A stretch of 26,810 bases of DNA from a virus (lineage: Duplodnaviria > Heunggongvirae > Uroviricota > Caudoviricetes): positions 1 through 26,810 of IMG/VR virus record IMGVR_UViG_2740892035_000001; one strand, written 5' to 3'. Below are positions 16,290 through 25,688 of the stretch, piece after piece (within the stretch, counting starts at the first letter, position 1; each line of letters starts with the position of its first letter). Under the pieces are notes generated by a model, which was not told where the DNA came from, did no database searches, and saw nothing but the letters and a program-made list of their open reading frames with translations. Made by a program: the position numbers and the translations under genes.

Positions 16290-17348
16290 ATGAAGAAGAA
16301 TACCCGCTTTGCTTTTAACGCTTACCTGCAGCAACTGGCGCGTCTGAACGGTGTGGCAGTTGAAGAACTGTCCAGCAAGTTCACCGTAGAGCCGTCCGTG
16401 CAGCAGACATTGGAAGACCAGATCCAGCAGTCCGCCGCTTTCCTGACGCTGATTAACGTCACGCCAGTGACTGAGCAGTCCGGTCAGCTGCTGGGGTTGG
16501 GAGTTGGCAGCACCATTGCCGGAACCACTGATACCACCGCGAAAGAGCGTGAACCTGTCGATCCGACGCTGATGGTCGATGTGGAATATAAATGCGAGCA
16601 GACCAACTTTGACACGGTACTGACCTACGCGAAGCTGGACCTGTGGGCGAAGTTTCAGGATTTTCAGGTGCGTATCCGTGACGCCATCGTGAAACGTCAG
16701 GCACTGGACCGCATCATGATCGGCTTTAACGGCGTGAAGCGTGCGAAAACCTCCAACCGTAGCGAAAACCCGTTACTGCAGGATGTGAATAAAGGCTGGC
16801 TGCAGAAAATCCGTGAGGATGCACCGGATCACGTCATGGGCAGCACCACCACGGGCGGTGAAACCACACCGGGTGCGGTGAAAGTCGGGAAAGGTGGCGA
16901 ATATGCCAACCTGGACGCCGTGGTGATGGATGCCGTTAATGAGCTTATCGACGTGGTCTATCAGGACGATGACGATCTGGTGGTGATTTGCGGTCGTGAA
17001 CTGCTGTCTGACAAGTATTTCCCGCTGGTCAACAAAGAGCAGGAAAACAGTGAAAAACTGGCTGCCGATATGATCATCAGTCAGAAACGCATGGGTGGCC
17101 TGCAGGCCGTGCGTGCGCCGTTCTTCCCGCCGAATGCGCTGCTGATCACCCGTCTGGATAACCTGTCCATCTACTGGCAGGAAGACACCCGCCGCCGTTC
17201 AGTTATCGACAACCCGAAACGTGACCGGATTGAAAACTTTGAATCCGTTAACGAAGCCTATGTGGTTGAGGACTACCGCTGCGCCGCACTGGTGGAAAAC
17301 ATCCAGATTGGTGATTTCAGCGCCGCCGCAGCCGAAACCGGAGCGTAA
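16290..17348 (+). CDS. N: Major capsid protein (P2 gpN family), 352 aa
   Basis: Size and position as P2 N. Confidence 0.9.
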   Translation: MKKNTRFAFNAYLQQLARLNGVAVEELSSKFTVEPSVQQTLEDQIQQSAAFLTLINVTPVTEQSGQLLGLGVGSTIAGTTDTTAKEREPVDPTLMVDVEYKCEQTNFDTVLTYAKLDLWAKFQDFQVRIRDAIVKRQALDRIMIGFNGVKRAKTSNRSENPLLQDVNKGWLQKIREDAPDHVMGSTTTGGETTPGAVKVGKGGEYANLDAVVMDAVNELIDVVYQDDDDLVVICGRELLSDKYFPLVNKEQENSEKLAADMIISQKRMGGLQAVRAPFFPPNALLITRLDNLSIYWQEDTRRRSVIDNPKRDRIENFESVNEAYVVEDYRCAALVENIQIGDFSAAAAETGA

Positions 17349-17351
17349 TCC

Positions 17352-18002
17352 ATGAGCCTGAGTCCCGCACGGCAGCATCGCCTGCGCGTTCAGGCTGAAC
17401 AGGCCGCCCGCGAGGGCGGCAGTGTTCGCCACGCATCGGGCTATGACCTGATGCTGCTGCAACTGGCGGAAGACCGCCGCCGTCTCAAGGGCGTTCAGTC
17501 CACGGTCAAAAAAGCGGAAATCAAGGTGGAGCTGCTGCCGAAGTACGCCGCCTGGGCGGAGGGCGTCCTGGCTGCCGGAGGCGCTCAACAGGATGACGTG
17601 CTGATGTACGTGATGCTGTGGCGCATTGATGCCGGAGATTATGCCGGGGCGCTGGAGATCGGGCGTCATGCCCTGCGTCATGGCTGGGTGATGCCGCTGG
17701 GTAACCGCAACGTGCAGACCGTGCTGGCAGAGGAAATGGCAGATGCAGCGCAGAGCGCAATGCTTGCCGCCACCGACTTTGATGCCGATCTGTTGCTGCA
17801 GACGCTGGAGCTGACAGACGGTCTGGATATGCCGGACCAGTCACGGGCGCGTCTGCATAAAGCGATTGGCGCTGTCCTGAGTGAAAGCAATCCGGCTTCC
17901 GCCCTTAATCATCTCAACCATGCGTTACAGCTCGATCCCCGCTGTGGCGTGAAAAAAGACAAACAGCAGCTGGAGCGCAGACTGCGCAATGACAGCCGCT
18001 GA
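17352..18002 (+). CDS. M: Terminase small (endonuclease) subunit (P2 gpM family), 216 aa
   Basis: Size and position as P2 M. Confidence 0.85.
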   Translation: MSLSPARQHRLRVQAEQAAREGGSVRHASGYDLMLLQLAEDRRRLKGVQSTVKKAEIKVELLPKYAAWAEGVLAAGGAQQDDVLMYVMLWRIDAGDYAGALEIGRHALRHGWVMPLGNRNVQTVLAEEMADAAQSAMLAATDFDADLLLQTLELTDGLDMPDQSRARLHKAIGAVLSESNPASALNHLNHALQLDPRCGVKKDKQQLERRLRNDSR

Positions 18003-18097
18003 CAGAACGTGCCCCCGCGCACGGGCGGCACGGGGTGGCGAAAGGCACTGCCACATCAAAATCCCGTCCACCGCCCTCTATTTCAGGAGAAAGCAGC

Positions 18098-18562
18098 ATG
18101 AAGTTTGTTGCGCCAGAACAGGCACCGGAACAGGCGGAAATCATCAGAAATACGCCGTTCTGGCCTGATGTGGACCTGTCGGAGTTTCGCTGTGTCATGC
18201 GCACTGACGGCACGGTGACGCAGCCGCGTTTAAAGCAGGTTGCGCTGTCGGCAATTTCGGAGGTCAACGCAGAGCTGTATGAGTTTCGCAGACGTCAGCA
18301 GATGCTGGGATATGCCTCGCTGGCAGAGGTTCCGGCGGAACAGCTGGACGGCAAAAGTGAGCGCATTCATCACTATTTCAACGCGGTTTACTGCTGGGCA
18401 CGCGCCATGCTCAACGAGCGTTATCAGGACTATGACGCCACGGCATCCGGTGTGAAGCGGGGCGAGGAACTGGCGGAAGCAAGCGGTGATTTGTGGCGTG
18501 ACGCCCGCTGGGCCATCAGCCGGGTGCAGGATGCGCCGCACTGCACAGTGGAGCTTATCTGA
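18098..18562 (+). CDS. L: Head completion/stabilisation protein (P2 gpL family), ~154 aa
   Basis: ATG 18098 with AGGAGA SD, in frame inside track ORF 18035-18562; position after M. Confidence 0.8.
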   Translation: MKFVAPEQAPEQAEIIRNTPFWPDVDLSEFRCVMRTDGTVTQPRLKQVALSAISEVNAELYEFRRRQQMLGYASLAEVPAEQLDGKSERIHHYFNAVYCWARAMLNERYQDYDATASGVKRGEELAEASGDLWRDARWAISRVQDAPHCTVELI

Positions 18563-18765
18563 TGAAAGTGCGTGCGCATCAGTATGACACGGTGGACGCG
18601 CTTTGCTGGCGTCATTACGGGCGCACGCAGGGTGTCACGGAGCAGGTACTGAAGGCAAATCCGGGGCTTGCCGAATACGGCCCCTTTTTACCTCACGGGC
18701 TGCAGGTGGAGCTGCCGGACATTCCGACAACCACCACCGTGCAGACCGTCCAGCTATGGGACTGA
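18562..18765 (+). CDS. X: Tail protein X (P2 gpX family), 67 aa
   Basis: 67 aa, same size as P2 X; ATG overlaps L stop. Confidence 0.8.
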   Translation: MKVRAHQYDTVDALCWRHYGRTQGVTEQVLKANPGLAEYGPFLPHGLQVELPDIPTTTTVQTVQLWD

Positions 18766-18768
18766 ATT

Positions 18769-18984
18769 ATGACGCTTGAGCGAATCAGCGCCTTTATCAC
18801 GTATTGCATCGCCGTCGTGCTGGCCTGGCTGGGCGATTTGTCCATCAAGGATGCCTCAACGCTGGGCGGCCTGATGATTGGTGTACTGATGCTGGCTATC
18901 AACTGGTACTACAAACACAAAGCCTACCAGCTTCTGCGCGACGGGCAGATCTCGCGGGAGGACTATGAATCCATCAATCGTTAA
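18769..18984 (+). CDS. Holin, 71 aa, two TM helices (class II/pinholin-like)
   Basis: Two hydrophobic segments and charged C-terminus; immediately upstream of the endolysin and overlapping it by 20 nt. Confidence 0.75.
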   Translation: MTLERISAFITYCIAVVLAWLGDLSIKDASTLGGLMIGVLMLAINWYYKHKAYQLLRDGQISREDYESINR

Positions 18985-19477
18985 ACGCTGCCTTGTCGGG
19001 GCCGTGCTGGCTATTGCTGCCACGCTGCCGGGTTTTCAGCAGCTTCACACCTCCGTGGAGGGGCTGAAACTGATTGCTGATTACGAAGGCTGTCGTCTGC
19101 AGCCGTATCAGTGTAGCGCGGGTGTCTGGACCGACGGCATTGGTAATACGTCGGGCGTCATTCCCGGCAAAACCATTACGGAGCGACAGGCAGCAGAAGG
19201 GCTGATCTCCAACGTGCTGCGTGTGGAGCGGGCGCTGGAAAGGTGTGTGAAGCAACAGCCGCCGCAGAAGGTGTATGACGCTGCGGTGTCGTTTGCCTTC
19301 AACGTGGGAACGGGCAATGCCTGCAGTTCCACACTGGTGAAATTACTCAATCAGCGGCGCTGGGCGGATGCGTGCCGACAGTTGCCGCGCTGGGTTTATG
19401 TGAAAGGTGTTTTTAATCAGGGGCTGGATAACCGCCGTGCGCGGGAGATGGCCTGGTGCTTACAGGGAGCAAACTGA
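18965..19477 (+). CDS. SAR endolysin, T4-lysozyme-fold muramidase of P1 Lyz type, 170 aa
   Basis: N-terminal Cys-containing SAR-like segment (RCLVGAVLAIAATLPG) and catalytic block EGCRLQPYQCSAGVWTDGIGNT that follows P1 Lyz (EGCRRDPYMCPAGVWTDGIGNT) as recalled. Confidence 0.85.
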   Translation: MNPSIVKRCLVGAVLAIAATLPGFQQLHTSVEGLKLIADYEGCRLQPYQCSAGVWTDGIGNTSGVIPGKTITERQAAEGLISNVLRVERALERCVKQQPPQKVYDAAVSFAFNVGTGNACSSTLVKLLNQRRWADACRQLPRWVYVKGVFNQGLDNRRAREMAWCLQGAN

Positions 19478-19478
19478 A

Positions 19479-19856
19479 ATGAAAAAGAAAGTAATCAGCG
19501 GGCTGTTTCTGATGTTATGGATGGCGCTGTTGATCGCAGCAATGGTGTATCCACAGGGGATTTTTCCGGTACTGGCAGCGTCCGGTGTCTGGGTAGCCTG
19601 TCTGCTGACATGGGCGGTAATTCCGGTAGCACTGGCTGCGTTAATTAAGAACGGCCCGCTCTGGCAGGAGTTGAGGGCATCTTTGCTAAAGACCATTACC
19701 CGAAAAGAAAACGTATTTATCAGCTGGGTGATGCGATTGCTGATTGTCGTAAGTTTCGCCTGGACGGGGTGGGCTATTACCCTGGTCTTTTATCTGCTGA
19801 CCGTTATTGCCTTCTGGATGATCCGTAATCAGATTGCGCAACAGGTAGCAGCATGA
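19479..19856 (+). CDS. lysA: LysA-like multi-TM lysis regulator (putative antiholin), ~125 aa
   Basis: ATG 19479 in frame inside track ORF 19407-19856; four hydrophobic segments; position as P2 lysA. Confidence 0.65.
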   Translation: MKKKVISGLFLMLWMALLIAAMVYPQGIFPVLAASGVWVACLLTWAVIPVALAALIKNGPLWQELRASLLKTITRKENVFISWVMRLLIVVSFAWTGWAITLVFYLLTVIAFWMIRNQIAQQVAA

Positions 19857-20281
19857 ACCGGTTGCTGCTGGTTGTGCTGGCGTTATTACTGGCGGCGCTG
19901 GGCTGGCAGACGTGGCGGCTGGCTGATGCCAGCCAGACCATCAGCACGCAGGCAGACGAGCTTCGGAGCAAAAGCCAGGCACTGGCAAAGAGCAACAGCC
20001 AGCTTATCAGCCTGTCCATTCTGACTGAAACCAATAACCGGGAGCAGGCGCGGCTCTATGCCGAAGCAGAACAGACCAGTGTACTGCTGAGACAACGACA
20101 ACACCGGATTGAGGAACTGAAACGTGAGAACGAGGATTTACGCCGCTGGGCTGATACTCCTTTGCCTGCTGACATTATCCGGCTGCGGGAACGCCCCACA
20201 CTCACCGGAGGTGCAGCTTACCGTCAGTGGTTGTCCGCGAGTGACGCCGTGTCGGCTGGGGCAGGCAGCGCCGCGCACTAA
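19853..20281 (+). CDS. lysB: LysB, Rz-like inner-membrane spanin, 142 aa
   Basis: N-terminal TM helix then coiled-coil-like region; position and size as P2 lysB. Confidence 0.8.
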   Translation: MNRLLLVVLALLLAALGWQTWRLADASQTISTQADELRSKSQALAKSNSQLISLSILTETNNREQARLYAEAEQTSVLLRQRQHRIEELKRENEDLRRWADTPLPADIIRLRERPTLTGGAAYRQWLSASDAVSAGAGSAAH

Positions 20282-20414
20282 CGGTGACCTGAACGCGTTG
20301 CTGGATGAAACGGAGGCCGCCTGGGCGGTCTGTGCAGACAAAGTGGACATGATTATTGCGTGTCAGGAGCGAAACAGTGAACAAACCACAATCCCTGCGC
20401 CACGCCCTCAATAA
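20124..20414 (+). CDS. lysC: LysC, Rz1-like outer-membrane lipoprotein spanin, out of frame and overlapping the 3' end of lysB, 96 aa
   Basis: Lipoprotein signal with lipobox LSGC (MRTRIYAAGLILLCLLTLSGC); overlapped spanin arrangement. Confidence 0.75.
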   Translation: MRTRIYAAGLILLCLLTLSGCGNAPHSPEVQLTVSGCPRVTPCRLGQAAPRTNGDLNALLDETEAAWAVCADKVDMIIACQERNSEQTTIPAPRPQ

Positions 20415-20808
20415 AGCGGTGCCTTATGTCCGCAATAACCCGGACAAACTGCATCTGTTTGTGGATAACGGTTCGCTGGTTGCCACGGGGGCCGGCTCCA
20501 TGTCATGGGAGTACCGCTATACCCTGAACGTGGTGATAGAGGATTTCAGCGGCGACCAGAATCTGCTGATGGCCCCGGTTTTACTGTGGCTTCGGGATAA
20601 CCAGCCCGATGCCATCAATAACCCGGCGTTACGGGAAAAGCTATTCACCTTTGATGTGGATATTTTGCGCAACGATGTCTGTGATATCAGCCTTAATCTG
20701 CAACTGACGGAACGTGTGCTGGTCAGCACTGACGGCAGTGTGTCGAGCGTTGAAGCTGTAGCAGAACCCGATGAACCTGAAGAAATGTGGACGGTGAAAC
20801 GTGGCTGA
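20377..20808 (+). CDS. R: Tail completion protein R (P2 gpR family)
   Basis: Position and size as P2 R; likely GTG start at 20377 with AGGAG SD (track start 20356 is a TTG). Confidence 0.8.
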   Translation: MNKPQSLRHALNKAVPYVRNNPDKLHLFVDNGSLVATGAGSMSWEYRYTLNVVIEDFSGDQNLLMAPVLLWLRDNQPDAINNPALREKLFTFDVDILRNDVCDISLNLQLTERVLVSTDGSVSSVEAVAEPDEPEEMWTVKRG

Positions 20809-21247
20809 ACTGCAGAAGGTGGACGACTGGCTGAGTGCCTTGCTGGCGAATCTGGAACCAGCCACGAGAAGCCGCATGATGCGCCAGCTGGCGCAGGAAC
20901 TGCGCCGGACACAGCAGCAGAATATCAGGATGCAGCGCAATCCAGATGGCAGCAGTTATGAACCGCGCAGGGTAACAGCACGCAGCAAGAAAGGGCGCAT
21001 CAAACGTCAGATGTTTGCAAAGCTGCGCACCACAAAATACCTGAAAACTGCCGCCAGCGCCGACTCTGCCAGTGTACAGTTTGAAGGCAAGGTGCAGCGT
21101 ATTGCCCGTGTTCACCATTACGGCCTGCGTGATCGCGTCAGTCGCAAAGGACCGGAGGTCCGTTACGCAGAGCGCCGCCTGCTGGGTGTAAATGATGATG
21201 TTGAGGCAATGACCCGCGACATGATTCTGCAATGGCTGGCGGGGTGA
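20801..21247 (+). CDS. S: Tail completion protein S (P2 gpS family), 148 aa
   Basis: Position and size as P2 S; GTG start overlapping R stop. Confidence 0.8.
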   Translation: MAELQKVDDWLSALLANLEPATRSRMMRQLAQELRRTQQQNIRMQRNPDGSSYEPRRVTARSKKGRIKRQMFAKLRTTKYLKTAASADSASVQFEGKVQRIARVHHYGLRDRVSRKGPEVRYAERRLLGVNDDVEAMTRDMILQWLAG

Positions 21248-21251
21248 TCTT

Positions 21252-21269
21252 TGTATCAGCACTGATACA
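21252..21269. promoter_or_regulatory. Late promoter activator site, perfect palindromic TGT-N12-ACA dyad (TGTATCAGCACTGATACA) upstream of V
   Basis: Read directly; position corresponds to the P2 V-operon late promoter. Confidence 0.65.
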
Positions 21270-21315
21270 AGTTGCAGCACTGCCGCCTTTCTTCCCCTGA
21301 TGGCAACCTTTCCCT

Positions 21316-21894
21316 ATGAACGCACAATTAACCGAAATCATGCGCCTTATCACCAATCTGATCCGCACTGGTGTAGTCACCGAAGTGGACCGGGAACACT
21401 GGCTTTGTCGGGTGAAAACGGGCGACCTTGAAACCAACTGGATTAACTGGCTGACGCTGCGCGCGGGTAATGCCCGCACATGGTGGAAACCATCGGAAGG
21501 TGAGCAGGTGGTGCTACTGAGTCTGGGCGGCAATCTGGAAACTGCCTTTGCGCTGCCCGCTGTCTATTCGAATCAGTTCGCACCACCGTTGACGTCGGCA
21601 GACGCCTGCGTGACAGAACATCCTGACGGTGGCTGGTTTGAATACGAACCCGCCACCGGGCGCTGGTATGTCAGGGGCATCAAATCAATGGTCATTGAGG
21701 CCGCTGACAACATCACCATGAAAACCAGTGAGTTTGTACTGGAGGCTGACCGCACGCGCATTAACAGCGAAGTGGTGATCAATGGTGGCGTTACCCAGGG
21801 CGGCGGAGCGATGAGTTCTAACGGGATCGTGGTTGATGCGCATCAGCATACTGGCGTCCTGAAAGGCGGCGACACAACCGGAGGCCCGGTATGA
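21316..21894 (+). CDS. V: Baseplate spike/assembly protein V (P2 gpV family), 192 aa
   Basis: Position and size as P2 V; first gene after the late promoter dyad. Confidence 0.85.
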   Translation: MNAQLTEIMRLITNLIRTGVVTEVDREHWLCRVKTGDLETNWINWLTLRAGNARTWWKPSEGEQVVLLSLGGNLETAFALPAVYSNQFAPPLTSADACVTEHPDGGWFEYEPATGRWYVRGIKSMVIEAADNITMKTSEFVLEADRTRINSEVVINGGVTQGGGAMSSNGIVVDAHQHTGVLKGGDTTGGPV

Positions 21895-22250
21895 CGCTTT
21901 ATAGCGGGATGAACAATACCAGCGGTAAAGCCATTACTGATATTGACCATCTGCGCCAGTCGGTGCGGGACATTCTGCTGACGCCGCAGGGTAGCCGCAT
22001 TGCTCGTCGGGAATATGGTTCCCTGCTGTCGGCACTGATAGATCAGCCACAAAATCCGGCGTTACGCCTGCAGGTTATGTCGGCTGTGTATGTGGCACTG
22101 AGTCGCTGGGAGCCACGGCTGACGCTGGATTCCATCACTATTAACAGCAATTTTGACGGTTCAATGGTGGTGGCGCTGAACGGGCGGCGTAATAACGGTG
22201 TGCCTGTTTCCCTTTCCGTATCAACAGGAGCAGAGAATGGCAGTGATTGA
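21891..22250 (+). CDS. W: Baseplate protein W (gp25-like, P2 gpW family), 119 aa
   Basis: Position and size as P2 W; ATGA overlap with V. Confidence 0.85.
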   Translation: MTLYSGMNNTSGKAITDIDHLRQSVRDILLTPQGSRIARREYGSLLSALIDQPQNPALRLQVMSAVYVALSRWEPRLTLDSITINSNFDGSMVVALNGRRNNGVPVSLSVSTGAENGSD

Positions 22251-23145
22251 CCTTTCGCAGTTGCCTGCGCCGCAGATTGTGGATGTGCCGGACTTTGAGA
22301 CGCTGCTTGCCGAACGCAAGGCAGAATTTGTGGCGCTTCATCCGAAAGATGAGCAGGAAGCAGTGATCCGCACGCTGGAACTGGAATCTGAACCCGTCAC
22401 CAAATTGCTGCAGGAGAACGCTTACCGTGAGTTGCTTCTGCGCCAGCGCATTAACGAAGCCGCGCAGGCTGTGATGGTGGCTTACGCGATGGGCAGCGAT
22501 CTTGACCAGCTCGCTGCCAACTACAACGTGAAACGCCTGACGGTGACGCCTGCTGATAATGACGCTGTGCCGCCCGTTGCAGCTGTGATGGAAAGCGATG
22601 AAGCGTTACGCCTGCGTGTGCCTGCAGCCTTTGAAGGGCTTTCAGTTGCGGGGCCAACTGCAGCTTATGAATTTCATGCCCAAAGCGCCGACGGTCGGGT
22701 GGCGGATGCCAGTGCAACCAGCCCGGCACCTGCAGAGGTGGTGCTGACTGTCCTTAGCCGCGAAGGCGATGGAACTGCAGAAAAAAACCTGCTGGACGTG
22801 GTGGAAAAAGCTCTGAACAGTGAGAACGTCCGCCCGGTGGCTGACCGTATTACGGTTCGCAGCGCAGAAATCATCCCGTATCGCGTGGAAGCCACCATTT
22901 TTCTCTATCCGGGACCGGAAGCAGAGCCGGTAATGGCAGCGGCAAAAGCCAGCCTGCAGAAGTACATCGCCAGTCAGACACGTCTTGGTCGGGATATTCG
23001 CCGTAGCGCCATCTTTGCCGCCCTGCATGTTGAGGGTGTGCAGCGTGTGGAGCTGGCTTCTCCTCTGGCGGATGTGGTCCTGAACAAAACACAGGCGGCA
23101 TCATGTACGCAGTGGAGCGTAACCAACGGAGGAACGGATGAATAG
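22237..23145 (+). CDS. J: Baseplate protein J (P2 gpJ family), 302 aa
   Basis: ATG 22237 in frame inside track ORF 22198-23145; position and size as P2 J. Confidence 0.85.
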   Translation: MAVIDLSQLPAPQIVDVPDFETLLAERKAEFVALHPKDEQEAVIRTLELESEPVTKLLQENAYRELLLRQRINEAAQAVMVAYAMGSDLDQLAANYNVKRLTVTPADNDAVPPVAAVMESDEALRLRVPAAFEGLSVAGPTAAYEFHAQSADGRVADASATSPAPAEVVLTVLSREGDGTAEKNLLDVVEKALNSENVRPVADRITVRSAEIIPYRVEATIFLYPGPEAEPVMAAAKASLQKYIASQTRLGRDIRRSAIFAALHVEGVQRVELASPLADVVLNKTQAASCTQWSVTNGGTDE

Positions 23146-23743
23146 TCTGCTGCCGCCGGGTTCAACACCACTGGAGCGCCGACTGGCGCAAACCTGCAGC
23201 GGGATTTCTGATCTGCAGGTGCCGCTTCGTGACTTGTGGAATCCGGCAACCTGTCCGGTCAGTTTCCTGCCTTATCTCGCCTGGGCGTTCTCTGTGGATC
23301 GCTGGGACGAGGGCTGGACAGAAAGCGTCAAGCGCCAGGTGGTGAAGGATGCTTTTTATATTCATCAGCATAAAGGGACCACCAGTGCCGTGCGGCGGGT
23401 GGTGGAGCCGTTCGGCTTTCTGATCCGCATTATTGAGTGGTGGCAGACCGGAGAGGCACCGGGCACGTTTCGCCTGGATATCGGCGTGCAGGACCAGGGC
23501 ATCACTGAAGATACCTATCTGGAACTTGAGCGACTGATAAGCGATGCCAAACCATGTAGCCGCCACATGATCGGCATGTCCATCAATCTGCAGACCAGCG
23601 GCCCGCATTGGGTGGGAGCCGCCAGCTATCTTGGCGAAGAAATCACGATCTATCCGTATATCAACGAAACGATTATTTCCGGTGGCACCGCGCATGAAGG
23701 CGGGGCGGTCCATGTTATTGACACAATGAGAGTGAATCCATGA
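23138..23743 (+). CDS. I: Baseplate/tail formation protein I (P2 gpI family), 201 aa
   Basis: Position between J and H as in P2; overlaps both neighbours. Confidence 0.8.
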   Translation: MNSLLPPGSTPLERRLAQTCSGISDLQVPLRDLWNPATCPVSFLPYLAWAFSVDRWDEGWTESVKRQVVKDAFYIHQHKGTTSAVRRVVEPFGFLIRIIEWWQTGEAPGTFRLDIGVQDQGITEDTYLELERLISDAKPCSRHMIGMSINLQTSGPHWVGAASYLGEEITIYPYINETIISGGTAHEGGAVHVIDTMRVNP

Positions 23744-25242
23744 GCACAAAATTTTATACCCTGCTGACGGATATTGGCGCGGCGAAACTTGCCAGCGCCG
23801 CCGCGCTCGGTGTGCCGCTAAAAATTACCCATATGGCGGTGGGCGATGGCGGCGGAGTATTGCCAACGCCGGACGCAAAGCAGACGGCACTGGTAAATGA
23901 GAAACGCCGGGCTGCGCTGAATATGCTTTATATCGACCCGCAGAACAGCAGCCAGATTATTGCTGAACAGGTGATCCCTGAAAACGAGGGCGGTTGGTGG
24001 ATACGTGAAGTGGGCCTGTTTGATGAGTCCGGGGCATTGATTGCCGTGGGAAACTGCCCGGAAAGCTATAAGCCGCAACTGGCTGAAGGCAGCGGGCGTA
24101 CCCAGACCGTGCGCATGGTGCTGATCACCAGCAGCACGGACAATATCACCCTGAAAATCGACCCTGCTGTAGTGCTGGCAACCCGTAAATACGTGGATGA
24201 TAAAGTCCTGGAATTAAAGCTGTATGTGGATGACCAGATGAGAAACCACATTGCCGCACAAGATCCTCATACCCAGTATGCGCAGAAACATAATCCGACA
24301 TTTACCGGAGAACCAAAAGCGCCGACGCCTGCAGCAGGAAATAACACCACTCGGATTGCGACCACAGAGTTTGTTCAGGCCGCTATTACTGCTCTGATTA
24401 ACGGTGCGCCAGCCACGCTGGACACACTGAAAGAAATTGCCGCAGCCATTAACAATGACCCGAAATTCAGTACCACTATTAATAATGCACTGGCACTGAA
24501 AGCGCCGCTGTCGAGTCCGGCACTCACCGGAACGCCAACAGCACCTACTGCGGCACAGTCGGTCAACAATACACAGATTGCCACCACGGCATTTGTGAAA
24601 TCGGCGATTGCGGCAATGGTGGGTTCTGCACCTGCGGCACTGGATACACTGAACGAACTGGCGGCGGCACTGGGGAATGATCCGAACTTTGCCACGACAA
24701 TGCTTAATGCGCTGGCAGGTAAACAACCGCTGGACAATACGCTGACTCATTTGAGTGGAAAGGATGTAGCAGGTCTTCTCGCATACCTTGGTTTGGGAGA
24801 AGCGGCAAAACGAAATGTGGGCAACGGGGAAAACCAAATCCCTGATATGTCTTTCTGGACGGTTACTGGTGGCAATGGAAATTTTGTGATTCGTCAACCT
24901 GACGGGCTAATCACTCAGATGGTTACTGTAAGTATAAGCGGTCCAGTGGCGATGAATGGAATGACTGATAATGCTTATGCCATTACAGGTTCTAATAAGT
25001 CTTATATTGCCACAGCCACATTGCCCTTTGTATTTCCTAATAAGGTGCTGGGCGTTATCCCTCTGGTATCAACAACAGCTTATGGTGGTGTATCCAGTAA
25101 TATTACAGGTTCATACGCGACGGCGGTTTGTTCTTTTGCCGCTGTCAGGGGGAATAATACGATTGTGTTCAAAGTCGACAAACCACTGAATGCAGCCTTT
25201 CCTTCAGATACCAGCGTCTCAGCGTTAATCATTGGACGGTAA
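23740..25242 (+). CDS. H: Tail fibre protein H in its current orientation: constant N-terminal part (to ~24788) fused to variable C-terminal receptor-binding part Hv (24789-25242), 500 aa
   Basis: Position as P2 H; repetitive Ala/Thr/Asn-rich fibre sequence; hix-like crossover site inside the ORF at 24776-24801. Confidence 0.88.
   Translation: MSTKFYTLLTDIGAAKLASAAALGVPLKITHMAVGDGGGVLPTPDAKQTALVNEKRRAALNMLYIDPQNSSQIIAEQVIPENEGGWWIREVGLFDESGALIAVGNCPESYKPQLAEGSGRTQTVRMVLITSSTDNITLKIDPAVVLATRKYVDDKVLELKLYVDDQMRNHIAAQDPHTQYAQKHNPTFTGEPKAPTPAAGNNTTRIATTEFVQAAITALINGAPATLDTLKEIAAAINNDPKFSTTINNALALKAPLSSPALTGTPTAPTAAQSVNNTQIATTAFVKSAIAAMVGSAPAALDTLNELAAALGNDPNFATTMLNALAGKQPLDNTLTHLSGKDVAGLLAYLGLGEAAKRNVGNGENQIPDMSFWTVTGGNGNFVIRQPDGLITQMVTVSISGPVAMNGMTDNAYAITGSNKSYIATATLPFVFPNKVLGVIPLVSTTAYGGVSSNITGSYATAVCSFAAVRGNNTIVFKVDKPLNAAFPSDTSVSALIIGR
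24776..24801. promoter_or_regulatory. Left 26-bp hix/gix/cix-like crossover site TTCTCGCATACC-TT-GGTTTGGGAGAA inside H
   Basis: Right half-site is the reverse complement of the left half of the site at 26760-26785; central dinucleotide TT versus AA, i.e. inverted orientation. Confidence 0.7.
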
Positions 25243-25244
25243 GA

Positions 25245-25688
25245 ATGAACTCAGTATTCTTTTCACCCGGAAGTAAAAGTTTTTATCTGCAAGAATTGTT
25301 TCCAGAATATGAGGATGCGGGAACGCTTCCTGATGATGTTATTGAAATTACCAGAGAAACATATGAGCAATTTCTTGGGCTGCATCCAGAAGGGAAAGAA
25401 ATTGGCGCTGACAGTTCAGGACGACCAGTATGGATTAATTCCCCACCGCCTTCAAAAGAGGATGAGGTGCTGGCGGCTGAAATGAAAAAAATATCTTTGG
25501 TTTCAGAAGTCAATACCTACATCAATACCCATCAGTGGCCTGGCAAAGCTGCTATTGGTCGTCTGAAAGGTGACGAGCTGGAACAATATAATTTATGGCT
25601 GGATTATCTGGACGCACTGGAACTGGTCGATACTTCCGGTGCGCCAGATATTGAATGGCCTACGCCTCCGGCAGTTCAGGCCAGATGA
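25245..25688 (+). CDS. G: Tail fibre assembly protein G (Tfa), 147 aa
   Basis: Conserved Tfa C-terminus (NLWLDYLDALELVDTSGAPDIEWP); immediately after H. Confidence 0.85.
   Translation: MNSVFFSPGSKSFYLQELFPEYEDAGTLPDDVIEITRETYEQFLGLHPEGKEIGADSSGRPVWINSPPPSKEDEVLAAEMKKISLVSEVNTYINTHQWPGKAAIGRLKGDELEQYNLWLDYLDALELVDTSGAPDIEWPTPPAVQAR

Noticed and set aside
15743-18267. Antisense ORFs overlapping O, N, M and L (for example 15743-16198, 17199-17681, 17521-17890, 17914-18267)
   Set aside because: All lie antisense within capsid-operon genes whose identity is well supported by synteny; Arg/Ser/Ala-rich composition is typical of antisense frames.
24214-24897. 227-aa Cys/Arg-rich ORF on the minus strand inside tail fibre gene H
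   Set aside because: It lies wholly antisense to a well-supported structural gene in a repetitive region; its composition is an antisense artefact of the Ala/Thr/Asn-rich fibre codons.
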